A stretch of 64,000 nucleotides of DNA. Origin: a virus. The stretch spans positions 1-64,000 of the IMG/VR virus record IMGVR_UViG_3300035670_000058; one strand, given 5' to 3'. A program made the translations under genes and the position numbers. Positions 56,469-64,000 of the stretch are shown here, in pieces. The notes under the pieces are model-generated. The model was not told where the DNA came from. It saw nothing but the letters and a program-made list of their open reading frames with translations, and searched no databases. Each line of letters starts with the position of its first letter. Position 1 is the stretch's first letter.

Positions 56469-56824
56469 GTATGGATACAATCACACTAGTATTCTTTACC
56501 CTTCTGGGTGGGGGATTGCTCATTGCTTTTATTATAGAAGTGTTTGAGCTTAAAGGGCAGAAACAAGCGTTTGAAACTTGGTCTGCGCTTATTAATGATT
56601 ACATCGAAAGCTATGAAGAGTTAAAGAAAGCAATCAATACCAACGCTAATCTTCTAAGAGTTGCCGGCGAAACAATCAATGATCATGATCGTGTCTTACG
56701 AGTGATGTCAATTGTTGTTGATACACACTCAGAGATACTAAAACTTAACCCGCAGCTACGAGATCAACTTGAGCATCCCCCTGTCGATGGATTTATTGTG
56801 ACAGTAGGGGAAGACGTTGAGTAA
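56456..56824 (+). CDS. membrane-anchored coiled-coil protein
   Basis: N-terminal TM helix. Confidence 0.6.
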   Translation: MEALSMDTITLVFFTLLGGGLLIAFIIEVFELKGQKQAFETWSALINDYIESYEELKKAINTNANLLRVAGETINDHDRVLRVMSIVVDTHSEILKLNPQLRDQLEHPPVDGFIVTVGEDVE

Positions 56825-57029
56825 ACGCTTTAGAATTTTAGCTACCGTTCTTATCTACAAAGACTACGAAAAAAATGAAGTACAGTATTACAATAGTGAA
56901 GATGAGTACATTATGTCTGTTGTCAATGATTGGCAAGAAGATAGCTATCTTAAATTAGCCGATGCACTTTCTTGGGATTATGAATCAGTAAACGGCATTG
57001 AAGTTTCTGTGATTGTTGAGGACGACTAA
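56817..57029 (+). CDS. acidic hypothetical protein
   Basis: Overlap-coupled. Confidence 0.55.
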   Translation: MSKRFRILATVLIYKDYEKNEVQYYNSEDEYIMSVVNDWQEDSYLKLADALSWDYESVNGIEVSVIVEDD

Positions 57030-57074
57030 TCAAAATTTTTTGGGGGAGAAATTCTCCAGATTTTGAGGTAGCCT

Positions 57075-57422
57075 ATGTATGTTAAGAAAGCAAGACTAGT
57101 ATGCAGAAAATGTACTAAGCCATTAGATAGAAATGGATTTCTTTGCTCTTCTTGCCATGTACATTCTAATTCTAAAACTAGGAATAAAAAATATAAAGGA
57201 AGCCCGTTAGTATATGCGTTCTTTGACGGGGGAGAAGCCGTTTATGTTGGAAGGGGATCACGCTATCGTGTCAATAAGCATCGGTTTACTTCATCTTGGT
57301 GGACTCCTAACTTACTAGTGATAACGATGGACTGCAAAGACGAATGGGAAGCGATGGAATACGAGGGTAAGTGGGGTGGATTGTACCACCCTAAAATGAA
57401 TAAAGACGGTTATAGATATTAG
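57075..57422 (+). CDS. GIY-YIG-like endonuclease with N-terminal Zn finger
   Basis: LVYAF...YVGRG..R..H...E...N; CRKC..CSSC. Confidence 0.75.
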   Translation: MYVKKARLVCRKCTKPLDRNGFLCSSCHVHSNSKTRNKKYKGSPLVYAFFDGGEAVYVGRGSRYRVNKHRFTSSWWTPNLLVITMDCKDEWEAMEYEGKWGGLYHPKMNKDGYRY

Positions 57423-57424
57423 GC

Positions 57425-57467
57425 ATAAAAAAAGGGAGGCTGCGAAGCCTCCCTTTTATTTTTATTT
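57425..57467. terminator. bidirectional intrinsic terminator at the strand switch
   Basis: A run, GGGAGGCT-GCGA-AGCCTCCC, T run. Confidence 0.9.
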
Positions 57468-57723
57468 ATGTCCACTCAATCTCTTTAGTTGGAACCCACG
57501 GGGGACGGTTCTCCTCGTTCTCAATAGAACGGGGGTTGCCTTTACTCAGTCCTTCAGTGTAACTCCAATCACATTCCATACAATACCAGTGAATGGCGCT
57601 GCTGCATCCTATGCAACTCATCCACACGCCATTATGACCGGGCCATGTATGGCAGTCAAAGAACCCGTTAACTTCTGAATTACACCTGGGGCAAAGATAA
57701 TCAATATCTTCGAAGTCACTCAT
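57466..57723 (-). CDS. Cys-rich Zn-binding protein
   Basis: CPRC, CIGC, CMEC. Confidence 0.65.
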   Translation of the reverse strand: MSDFEDIDYLCPRCNSEVNGFFDCHTWPGHNGVWMSCIGCSSAIHWYCMECDWSYTEGLSKGNPRSIENEENRPPWVPTKEIEWT

Positions 57724-57724
57724 A

Positions 57725-58009
57725 TTATCTCAACAGATATGAAGTTGTATTACCAAGGATACCAATCATTGTAATGCCAATAGCAAGGGAAATGGCATAC
57801 TTCCTTCTGTGTTCTGTTACGCTTTTAACAAGCAGGATAATAATTGTGAACGCTATGAGTTTGAATGTTCCTACAAGGATAGGTCCCGTCTGTTCATAAA
57901 ACAATCGCATGATTGGATTCAATTCATTGCTGATACCCACAGTAGGTACGGCAGCAATAAACGTAGCAAAATCTGCCAGCATTACCAGTGCCAAGACAGC
58001 AATCATCAT
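57725..58009 (-). CDS. membrane protein (DUF5658-like)
   Basis: D..T...ELNPIM..K motif; three TM segments. Confidence 0.7.
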   Translation of the reverse strand: MMIAVLALVMLADFATFIAAVPTVGISNELNPIMRLFYEQTGPILVGTFKLIAFTIIILLVKSVTEHRRKYAISLAIGITMIGILGNTTSYLLR

Positions 58010-58251
58010 GGGACAGGCTCAATCTCATCAAGTTGAGCAAAGTAGCCCAGCATTCCTTGATTATCCAGAAGTGAAACACCTGGCCCATGAATAAGATAAT
58101 CGTTTGTATCAATTTCATAGACGGTCAGTACCTGACCGTTATATCCTTCGGTACGTGTGAGATAATCATAATCAGCAGGGTCACGCCAGTCGTAGTTTCC
58201 AACTGTGACCTTTACCTTCATACCAATCTTGACATCCTCTAGTTTCATCAT
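58006..58251 (-). CDS. SH3/KOW-like small protein
   Basis: VKIGMKVKV...EIEPV. Confidence 0.6.
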   Translation of the reverse strand: MMKLEDVKIGMKVKVTVGNYDWRDPADYDYLTRTEGYNGQVLTVYEIDTNDYLIHGPGVSLLDNQGMLGYFAQLDEIEPVP

Positions 58252-58559
58252 CCTGCCTTCTTTAGTTTACGTGTCTCTTGGTAGATATGGCCCTTTACTT
58301 TGCGTATCTCTTTAGTTAGAGCCACGCAGCGTGCCCGATACTCAGGGTCACGGGCACGCTTCTCACGTTCAAACTTTGCCTTGCGCTCACGCTCACAGGC
58401 ATTGCAGCGGACGAAGCCACGCTTGAAGTCCCAGAATTCCTCTGTGAGAGGCCAGAAATATCTACTGTTCTTAGCCTTGCAAGGCTCGCAACGATACTCA
58501 AACTCTTGAGTATCTTTATTCCATCGGATCGGCTGTGTCGTACTAACTTTACGGCTCAC
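58248..58559 (-). CDS. Zn-finger basic protein
   Basis: CEPC..PLTEEFW..CNAC. Confidence 0.65.
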   Translation of the reverse strand: MSRKVSTTQPIRWNKDTQEFEYRCEPCKAKNSRYFWPLTEEFWDFKRGFVRCNACERERKAKFEREKRARDPEYRARCVALTKEIRKVKGHIYQETRKLKKAG

Positions 58560-58635
58560 TCTCGATCCCTAAAGACAATAAGATAGGCAATCAACATTGC
58601 GAATCCTAGAAGTAAAATCTCCATCACTCCCTACC

Positions 58636-58890
58636 CTAGTGACTCCGCTTAGGGACAATCACCAGATCGAATCCTAAGGCATCTACAAGGGCCGCAAGCC
58701 ACACTACCCGTGTAGGATACAGCCCACGCTCATACTTTGATACAGTTGAAAGTGAAATCCCTGCTTTATCTGCAACCTGTTGCTGAGACAGTTGATTGCG
58801 TAAACGCTCAGACCTAGCAAGTGTCATAATACCATCAAGTAAGGATTTACCTCTAGCCTGATGATTCTGGGTAAGGTCAAGTCTACGCAT
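58636..58890 (-). CDS. XRE-family HTH regulator
   Basis: LSQQQVADKAGISLSTVSKYERG; ATG 58890 after GGAGG. Confidence 0.85.
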   Translation of the reverse strand: MRRLDLTQNHQARGKSLLDGIMTLARSERLRNQLSQQQVADKAGISLSTVSKYERGLYPTRVVWLAALVDALGFDLVIVPKRSH

Positions 58891-58900
58891 TTTTACCTCC

Positions 58901-58942
58901 AAATAAAAGAATAAATGCCCCACCAAAAGATGGGGCATTTAT
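58901..58942 (-). terminator. intrinsic terminator
   Basis: ATAAATGCCCCA/TGGGGCATTTAT stem with a T-rich tail on the minus strand. Confidence 0.75.
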
Positions 58943-58947
58943 CTAGT

Positions 58948-59322
58948 CTACCAATCCGTTTCGTCAGACTCACCCTCAGGAAGTTGAGGATCAAACGAAC
59001 GATTGATCTTTGCAGTCTCTTCGCGGCGATAACCTTTGTTATCGGACTTCCAGAGTGTAGCGACCTCTTGTGTGATAACCTCTTCCTCATAGTCGAGGGA
59101 TTCCTCGCGGAAAGAAGCAACACCAGAGAAGCAGCCAAGAATAGATGCTTTAGTAGAAGAGTCAGCATAGACACGAAGCGTGCCTACCATTGATCTCTCA
59201 GAATATGCGGTAGATTTATCATTAGGGGGTGACCAAGGACCGAAGGTAATCTTGGCCTCATCGGAAACAGTTATCCGAAACTTCTTTCCGTTGGACTTAG
59301 TTACCAGAATATTCCTAGACAC
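58948..59322 (-). CDS. hypothetical protein
   Basis: Operon packing; KITFGP..P motif. Confidence 0.7.
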   Translation of the reverse strand: MSRNILVTKSNGKKFRITVSDEAKITFGPWSPPNDKSTAYSERSMVGTLRVYADSSTKASILGCFSGVASFREESLDYEEEVITQEVATLWKSDNKGYRREETAKINRSFDPQLPEGESDETDW

Positions 59323-59618
59323 TAGTTGGTTTTACCTCTCTGCTTGCGCTTCTCGATGATGAATACTTTGTAGAATTCTACCAGACCCATCATCATCTCT
59401 TCAAAGCATGGATCAAGGTGGAACCGCATAGGATGCCCGTCAGCGGCTTCATTCTTTATGGCCCACTCACTTCTACGGGGCCAAATAATCACATGCTCAG
59501 GGTCTTCTGTGATGTTGATCTCTTGCCCACATCTAGCGCAACTCTTAGGACTAATGCTGCCCCAATGAGTTTCGCTAGATGCGAGTTGAATCTGAAACTT
59601 CTCAGGTTCCCGAGTCAT
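59322..59618 (-). CDS. Zn-binding hypothetical protein
   Basis: CARC...H..C. Confidence 0.6.
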   Translation of the reverse strand: MTREPEKFQIQLASSETHWGSISPKSCARCGQEINITEDPEHVIIWPRRSEWAIKNEAADGHPMRFHLDPCFEEMMMGLVEFYKVFIIEKRKQRGKTN

Positions 59619-60198
59619 CGAATGTAGTTGCTCCTATACGTTCTTTATAGTATCGAGCATTACGCTTCTCTGCCTCTAGGTCATTGACGAGATTGCGATT
59701 CGTTTCAAGGACTTCTTGTACTTTAGACAGGAGATATATTGCCTCCTCTCCCAGCATATTCGGCTCAAAATTGATCACATCATTGGGATCAATGTTGGCC
59801 TTGAGAATTTCAGCGCGGGCTTTCTCAATGGCTAGTTTTTGATTCATATATTCAAGCACATTGGGGATCGCTACAGACACGGCAGATAAATCCTTTTCAA
59901 CTTGACGCTCTGTCGCCCGCTCTTCGATTCTTTGTTCAACCTCTGAGGGTGGCTCCATGCGCGTAAGGCGCACTCCTGCAACACGGGCACGTCCTGTTGC
60001 AGCATCCTCATCCCGCAGAATCTCCAACTCGCCCATTCGCTGCAAGCGATAGAGAGTTTGATATACCTGCGAGTAATTCAGTCCGGTTTTATTGATCAGA
60101 TCGTCAATGGTGAGATTGATTTCACGCTGCTTATATGCGAGCAGCGTTGATCTTAGTTGATCTTGTAAATCGCCGCGACTGCCTACTTGTGCCGACAT
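59602..60198 (-). CDS. winged-HTH and coiled-coil protein
   Basis: TIDDLINKTGLNYSQVYQTLYRLQRMG. Confidence 0.65.
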   Translation of the reverse strand: MSAQVGSRGDLQDQLRSTLLAYKQREINLTIDDLINKTGLNYSQVYQTLYRLQRMGELEILRDEDAATGRARVAGVRLTRMEPPSEVEQRIEERATERQVEKDLSAVSVAIPNVLEYMNQKLAIEKARAEILKANIDPNDVINFEPNMLGEEAIYLLSKVQEVLETNRNLVNDLEAEKRNARYYKERIGATTFDDSGT

Positions 60199-60199
60199 T

Positions 60200-61036
60200 T
60201 TACAAATCCTTCAATAGAATCCGCCCTCTAGGCATGCGCCCTACCAGCCCTAGTTGCAGCAGATAAGGCTCAACTTCTCGCTCGATTGTCTTGGTATCAA
60301 GCCCCAGCATTGCTGAGAGATGAGATAGACCGACTGAACGGTCGGTATCGAGCGCAGCAAGGTACTTGTAATCGCGCTCAGTAAGACCATTTTTGTCGAT
60401 CCCTAGGATACTGAAAGCATCTTCTAGGTTTTTCTGGGTGGGGACAAAGTTGTTGTTGACAATCATCCAATCAAAGATGAATGACAGGTTGTGAATGGCT
60501 GCTCTAGGATTAAGGCGGGAACGCCTAGCAATCTCAGCAATTGTCTTGTCAGCCATAGTAAGATTTTTCCTGGCAACAGCGTTAGCCAGAATTTTCTCAA
60601 TTTCGTTCAAATTATACGGTTCTAGGTGAATTTCCCTGAATCTGGATTTAAACGCAGCAGGGACTTGACCGGGGCTAGTTGTGCAAGCAATCAATTGCAC
60701 AGACCCGCGATCAATTAGGAGGTTCAGTGAATCTGCGACAACAGAATCTAGGTTATGAACCTCATCAATGATTAGGGGATGCTTGATAAAGGGAGTGCCC
60801 TTGAACGCAGCAGCGTCCATTACCCTCGGCGTAATCCCCGCTGATTGGAAAATAATCTTTGCGAGTGAGGTCTTTCCTGTTCCGTAGGGACCATCGATAA
60901 GAATGTTGGGCAGGGAGCGTGCCTCGATTTGCGAGGCACTAATCATCAAGCGAGCAATTGCCTTTGGTCGTTCCTGCCCGACATAATCGTCAAAATTTTG
61001 GGGGGTGAAAATCCCCACCTTTTCAGAAGGGTACAT
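60200..61036 (-). CDS. ruvB: RuvB-like Holliday junction branch-migration ATPase
   Basis: FDDYVGQ, GPYGTGKT, IDEVH, CTT, SRF, EPYLLQLG...RMPRGR. Confidence 0.88.
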   Translation of the reverse strand: MYPSEKVGIFTPQNFDDYVGQERPKAIARLMISASQIEARSLPNILIDGPYGTGKTSLAKIIFQSAGITPRVMDAAAFKGTPFIKHPLIIDEVHNLDSVVADSLNLLIDRGSVQLIACTTSPGQVPAAFKSRFREIHLEPYNLNEIEKILANAVARKNLTMADKTIAEIARRSRLNPRAAIHNLSFIFDWMIVNNNFVPTQKNLEDAFSILGIDKNGLTERDYKYLAALDTDRSVGLSHLSAMLGLDTKTIEREVEPYLLQLGLVGRMPRGRILLKDL

Positions 61037-61254
61037 TAATCTACTTTCACTATTGGAACGATAGTATCTCCCCTATCGGGAATAATACACATCTCCCTAT
61101 ATGAGAGATATTCGGGATTTGTCAGATATACGATATATCCGTTATCCTTTTTACATCGACGTAAAAAGAATCCTAGTTTATACCCGATAAAGTGGTCCTT
61201 TGACGAAACCTTTACCGGAGTCCCTTCTTTTAGGTTTATGGGCGGGTTTTGCAA
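61036..61254 (-). CDS. hypothetical protein
   Basis: TAATG coupling with ruvB. Confidence 0.55.
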   Translation of the reverse strand: MQNPPINLKEGTPVKVSSKDHFIGYKLGFFLRRCKKDNGYIVYLTNPEYLSYREMCIIPDRGDTIVPIVKVD

Positions 61255-61343
61255 CGCTAAGAACCTTCCGCTCCAGTTTGCGGGTTTTATCGAATTCCTC
61301 TGAGAATGCGCATGCAGCGCAATTCGGAGGTGTGCCCTTATGA

Positions 61344-61619
61344 TTAGTTTGATGGCGCATTAGCACCCTCATCCCAAATCTTGTGGGTAATTTTACCCCA
61401 AACGCTCAACGGAAAGTCAATAGTTGCCTCTGTTGGCTTAGTCTCACCGATTGTCTTAATGAGCATTGCTGCCCTGATACTGTCGTCGTTGTGGATCATA
61501 CTAAAATAAACGACATTAAGCCCATGCGGGTCAATTTTTGGAGCAAAATCGGGATTATACTTCTTCATAAAAGAAGCCAAATCGTTGCCATTGATAATAG
61601 TGTACGCCTTACCGGCCAT
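61344..61619 (-). CDS. hypothetical protein
   Basis: ATG 61619 after AGGAG. Confidence 0.6.
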   Translation of the reverse strand: MAGKAYTIINGNDLASFMKKYNPDFAPKIDPHGLNVVYFSMIHNDDSIRAAMLIKTIGETKPTEATIDFPLSVWGKITHKIWDEGANAPSN

Positions 61620-61642
61620 AGACTGTCTCCTAGTTTTTACCG

Positions 61643-61671
61643 AGTGTAGCACGTTTTGACGTGCTTGTCAA
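61643..61671 (-). promoter_or_regulatory. promoter TTGACA-N17-TACACT with a palindromic spacer (operator)
   Basis: Consensus -35; AGCACGT/ACGTGCT inverted repeat between the boxes. Confidence 0.7.
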
Positions 61672-61688
61672 GGTGATAAAAATACGGG

Positions 61689-62489
61689 CTAGTTGCGCTT
61701 ACCGTCGCCCAAGGAAAGGGGGCCACTAACAGTAGAGCCGCTACGGATGCCACGGGTGAATTGAATATCGTGACCAGCAATGCGGCCTGATTCGTAGGCT
61801 GCTCTATAACTGGCCTGAGCGCTTTTAACAGAAATAAGCTTGGGGAATTGCTGATTCATAAACTCCTTCAATTTTGCACTGTCAAGTGTAATCAATGCAG
61901 TGATCGATGGATTGTCTGCCTCCATTGCTGTTAGGTTCTCTTCAAGCCTGTCGCGGATGGTACGTACAGCACCGACATAAAAGGAAGCCTTCCATGTCTT
62001 TCCATGTACGTGCAAAAGCGAGCGATCAGAGAACAGGTCAACGTCAGGGAATTGCTCCTGCATTTTGCGGAGTGCTTGAATCTGCTGCCACTTCTCTTCG
62101 GCAATGCGCTCCAGATCATGCATGATAACCTCATACATAAACTGAGCGACTTCTACGTTGGCTTTCTTGCCAAGGAAGTACATTCCCTTGCCTGAGTAAA
62201 CCCCCTTGCAGAGATTTCCCTTAGCAACGGCAAATGCCAAGTCTCGCTTCCACTCAATAACGTTAAGGCCAAACAACTCCTTGAAGTCATTGACAAGACG
62301 TGTCTCTTCGCGGTCGAGTTTGACGTTCTCAACCTGAGACATCTCAATATTGTACTTGACGAGCAATTCCTGAGCCTTAGCCGCAGCGAGTGCAGCCTCA
62401 TTCTCATTTGAGGATTTGCTCAGCGCCATCAATTTCTTGATCTTGATGACGAGTGATTCAGCCTCTTTATCCGAAAGATTATCCAGCAT
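61689..62489 (-). CDS. DUF2786-like protein
   Basis: KIKKLMALSKSSNENEAALAAAKAQELLVKYNI; SFYVGAV; AYESGR. Confidence 0.85.
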   Translation of the reverse strand: MLDNLSDKEAESLVIKIKKLMALSKSSNENEAALAAAKAQELLVKYNIEMSQVENVKLDREETRLVNDFKELFGLNVIEWKRDLAFAVAKGNLCKGVYSGKGMYFLGKKANVEVAQFMYEVIMHDLERIAEEKWQQIQALRKMQEQFPDVDLFSDRSLLHVHGKTWKASFYVGAVRTIRDRLEENLTAMEADNPSITALITLDSAKLKEFMNQQFPKLISVKSAQASYRAAYESGRIAGHDIQFTRGIRSGSTVSGPLSLGDGKRN

Positions 62490-62505
62490 TTATTCTCCTA
62501 GTCAT

Positions 62506-62536
62506 AAAAATGAGGGGGCATAGAAGCCCCCTCGTA
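62506..62536 (-). terminator. intrinsic terminator
   Basis: GAGGGGGC/GCCCCCTC stem with a T run on the minus strand. Confidence 0.75.
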
Positions 62537-63406
62537 TTACCGATCCTTGAGATAGACTTCGTAAAGCCTAACTGCTTCAGCCTCCAGCGGAGTAAGAGGC
62601 TTATTAGCCCTATCAAGCAGAGAGATAGCCAGATCATCTTCCTCTGCATTCTCTGCGAGAGAAGCAGCAGTTTCAAGCCAAGTCCTGCGCTTGATAAGAC
62701 GCTCAATTGTTGGGAAATTAGTAGACTCGTTAGGAAGTTGAATAATGAGAGGCGTAGGCTCCTCATTATTCTCGATGATATCCGATGCTTCCATAACAAT
62801 TTCTTCCGGCTGAATGAGGGTCAGAGTTTTTGCCCCATTCTTAGAAAGACGAATATTATAGGGGATACGATCCTTTGTAGAACCCCTGTCAAAGTTGATC
62901 CTGCCTTCTTTGGCAAGAGACTCCATAACATGGGTCATATTGTGGAGATCGATGTTATCCCCATCCCTGCGCACAACCTTGACAAGATCAGAGGTTGTCT
63001 CAAAGTGCTGGTATTCAGTAACTGCGGCCAGAACCCTGGCCTTAAGTGAATCCTTTCGAAGAGTAGGAGGCTTAAGTGCATCCCTCTCTCGCTTATGCTG
63101 CTTATCCAGAGCAGCAAGGCCATCCTCCCTACCCATCAGAAGAGTCCAATGGTAAGAACGGCCATTAACCTTCCTGCCGGTTGCATCCATAGCGCCGAAT
63201 TCAAGACGTCGCGTAAGGATACCGCACTTCTCATAAGTACGGACGGCTGCATCAATAAAAGGAACGCCCATTTTAACTTCATGGGCAAACTTGCCGGAAG
63301 ACATGAAACGTGCTTCTGTGCCAACTGTAGGCATATACGCATACAGAGCCAGAAGAGCATCATACTCCCGAGCCTGACGGTTTGTGAAATTTGCCTTAGG
63401 CTTCAT
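62537..63406 (-). CDS. hypothetical DNA-binding protein (winged-helix-like segments)
   Basis: 289-aa ORF; HVMESLAKEGRI...IRLSKNG. Confidence 0.6.
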   Translation of the reverse strand: MKPKANFTNRQAREYDALLALYAYMPTVGTEARFMSSGKFAHEVKMGVPFIDAAVRTYEKCGILTRRLEFGAMDATGRKVNGRSYHWTLLMGREDGLAALDKQHKRERDALKPPTLRKDSLKARVLAAVTEYQHFETTSDLVKVVRRDGDNIDLHNMTHVMESLAKEGRINFDRGSTKDRIPYNIRLSKNGAKTLTLIQPEEIVMEASDIIENNEEPTPLIIQLPNESTNFPTIERLIKRRTWLETAASLAENAEEDDLAISLLDRANKPLTPLEAEAVRLYEVYLKDR

Positions 63407-63519
63407 TAATTATCCCTCTTATGGTAACCCTTCACACAAAAAGCACAAAGGTTTGTTTTAGGTGTGACCCACGCGGCAATCGGAAGATCACAAACACACT
63501 TTGTACACTGACATTTCAT
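63406..63519 (-). CDS. 37-aa Cys-rich peptide (not in ORF track)
   Basis: MKCQCTKCVCDLP...CAFCVKGYH; coupled to genes on both sides. Confidence 0.55.
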   Translation of the reverse strand: MKCQCTKCVCDLPIAAWVTPKTNLCAFCVKGYHKRDN

Positions 63520-63935
63520 GCCGCAGTTTCATCCACTTTGTAAGGCATAGGTTTGATAGGTTCTGCCCACATCAAAATTCTGCGGTACTTGTTTGACTTT
63601 ACATCGTCATAAACATGTACGCGCAGTTTGAAACCACGGGTAGCAAAATAGTTGTATAGCGTTCTAAACGGGTTGTTCCCCCTTTCTAGTGGCATTTGAT
63701 AATCGACAAACAATGTTTTGCCGGCGAGCAAATCTTTGACTAGGGGAGAATCAATTTCTTGGCGCACATAGGTATCCCTAGTCCTAATACCAGCACGCCA
63801 CGTATTTGGCACTACCTTATACTTATACTCCATATAAGCATAATTAGGCGCTGGTTTATCCATGCGCTTATGCTTTTTCCAGTAATAGCGACGTGATGAA
63901 GCACGCCGCATTTCTTTCTTCTCTTCAGGTGTCAT
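63516..63935 (-). CDS. basic hypothetical protein
   Basis: 139-aa ORF. Confidence 0.6.
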   Translation of the reverse strand: MTPEEKKEMRRASSRRYYWKKHKRMDKPAPNYAYMEYKYKVVPNTWRAGIRTRDTYVRQEIDSPLVKDLLAGKTLFVDYQMPLERGNNPFRTLYNYFATRGFKLRVHVYDDVKSNKYRRILMWAEPIKPMPYKVDETAA

Positions 63936-64000
63936 GGATTACCAACCGTCACATCCATCGTAATAACTATCCACTTCCCCTTTGAGATTGTACTGAAAAT

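Noticed and set aside
59602-63406. Possible paralogy between the C-termini of 59602..60198 and 62537..63406 (P...E.A...L..EA+.L)
   Set aside because: Too weak to support by eye; it needs profile alignment.

Overview
A 64 kb segment of a tailed dsDNA phage with siphovirus-like organisation: there is a long tape measure, a tail tube, Dit and Tal, but no sheath. The standard genetic code is used. No integrase, polymerase, primase or spanin is recognisable in the window, and the lack of spanins suggests a monoderm host (inference). Order on the + strand: a 5'-truncated AQA-repeat fibre gene; a promoter followed by two highly structured non-coding elements; a 15-tRNA cluster interleaved with HNH and GIY-YIG endonucleases and a SAM methyltransferase; terminase, portal, protease/scaffold and capsid; a neck region with two embedded glycosyltransferases; tail tube, -1 frameshifted chaperone, tape measure and Dit; a 1533-aa AQA-repeat fibre ending in a second Dit domain; Tal and tip proteins; a third glycosyltransferase; lysis genes (amidase, C39-like peptidase, holin); and replication and nucleotide genes (EndoVII, SSB, DnaB, Cas4-like nuclease, dCMP deaminase, two dNMP-kinase-like genes, four short C5-cytosine methyltransferases). 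After a bidirectional terminator at about 57.44 kb comes a minus-strand block (XRE HTH, RuvB-like, DUF2786-like). The best novelty candidates are the structured ncRNA pair upstream of an HNH gene, the Dit-anchored giant repeat fibre, a putative virion glycosylation system, and the methyltransferase/kinase cluster. All functional calls come from motif reading by eye, not database searches.
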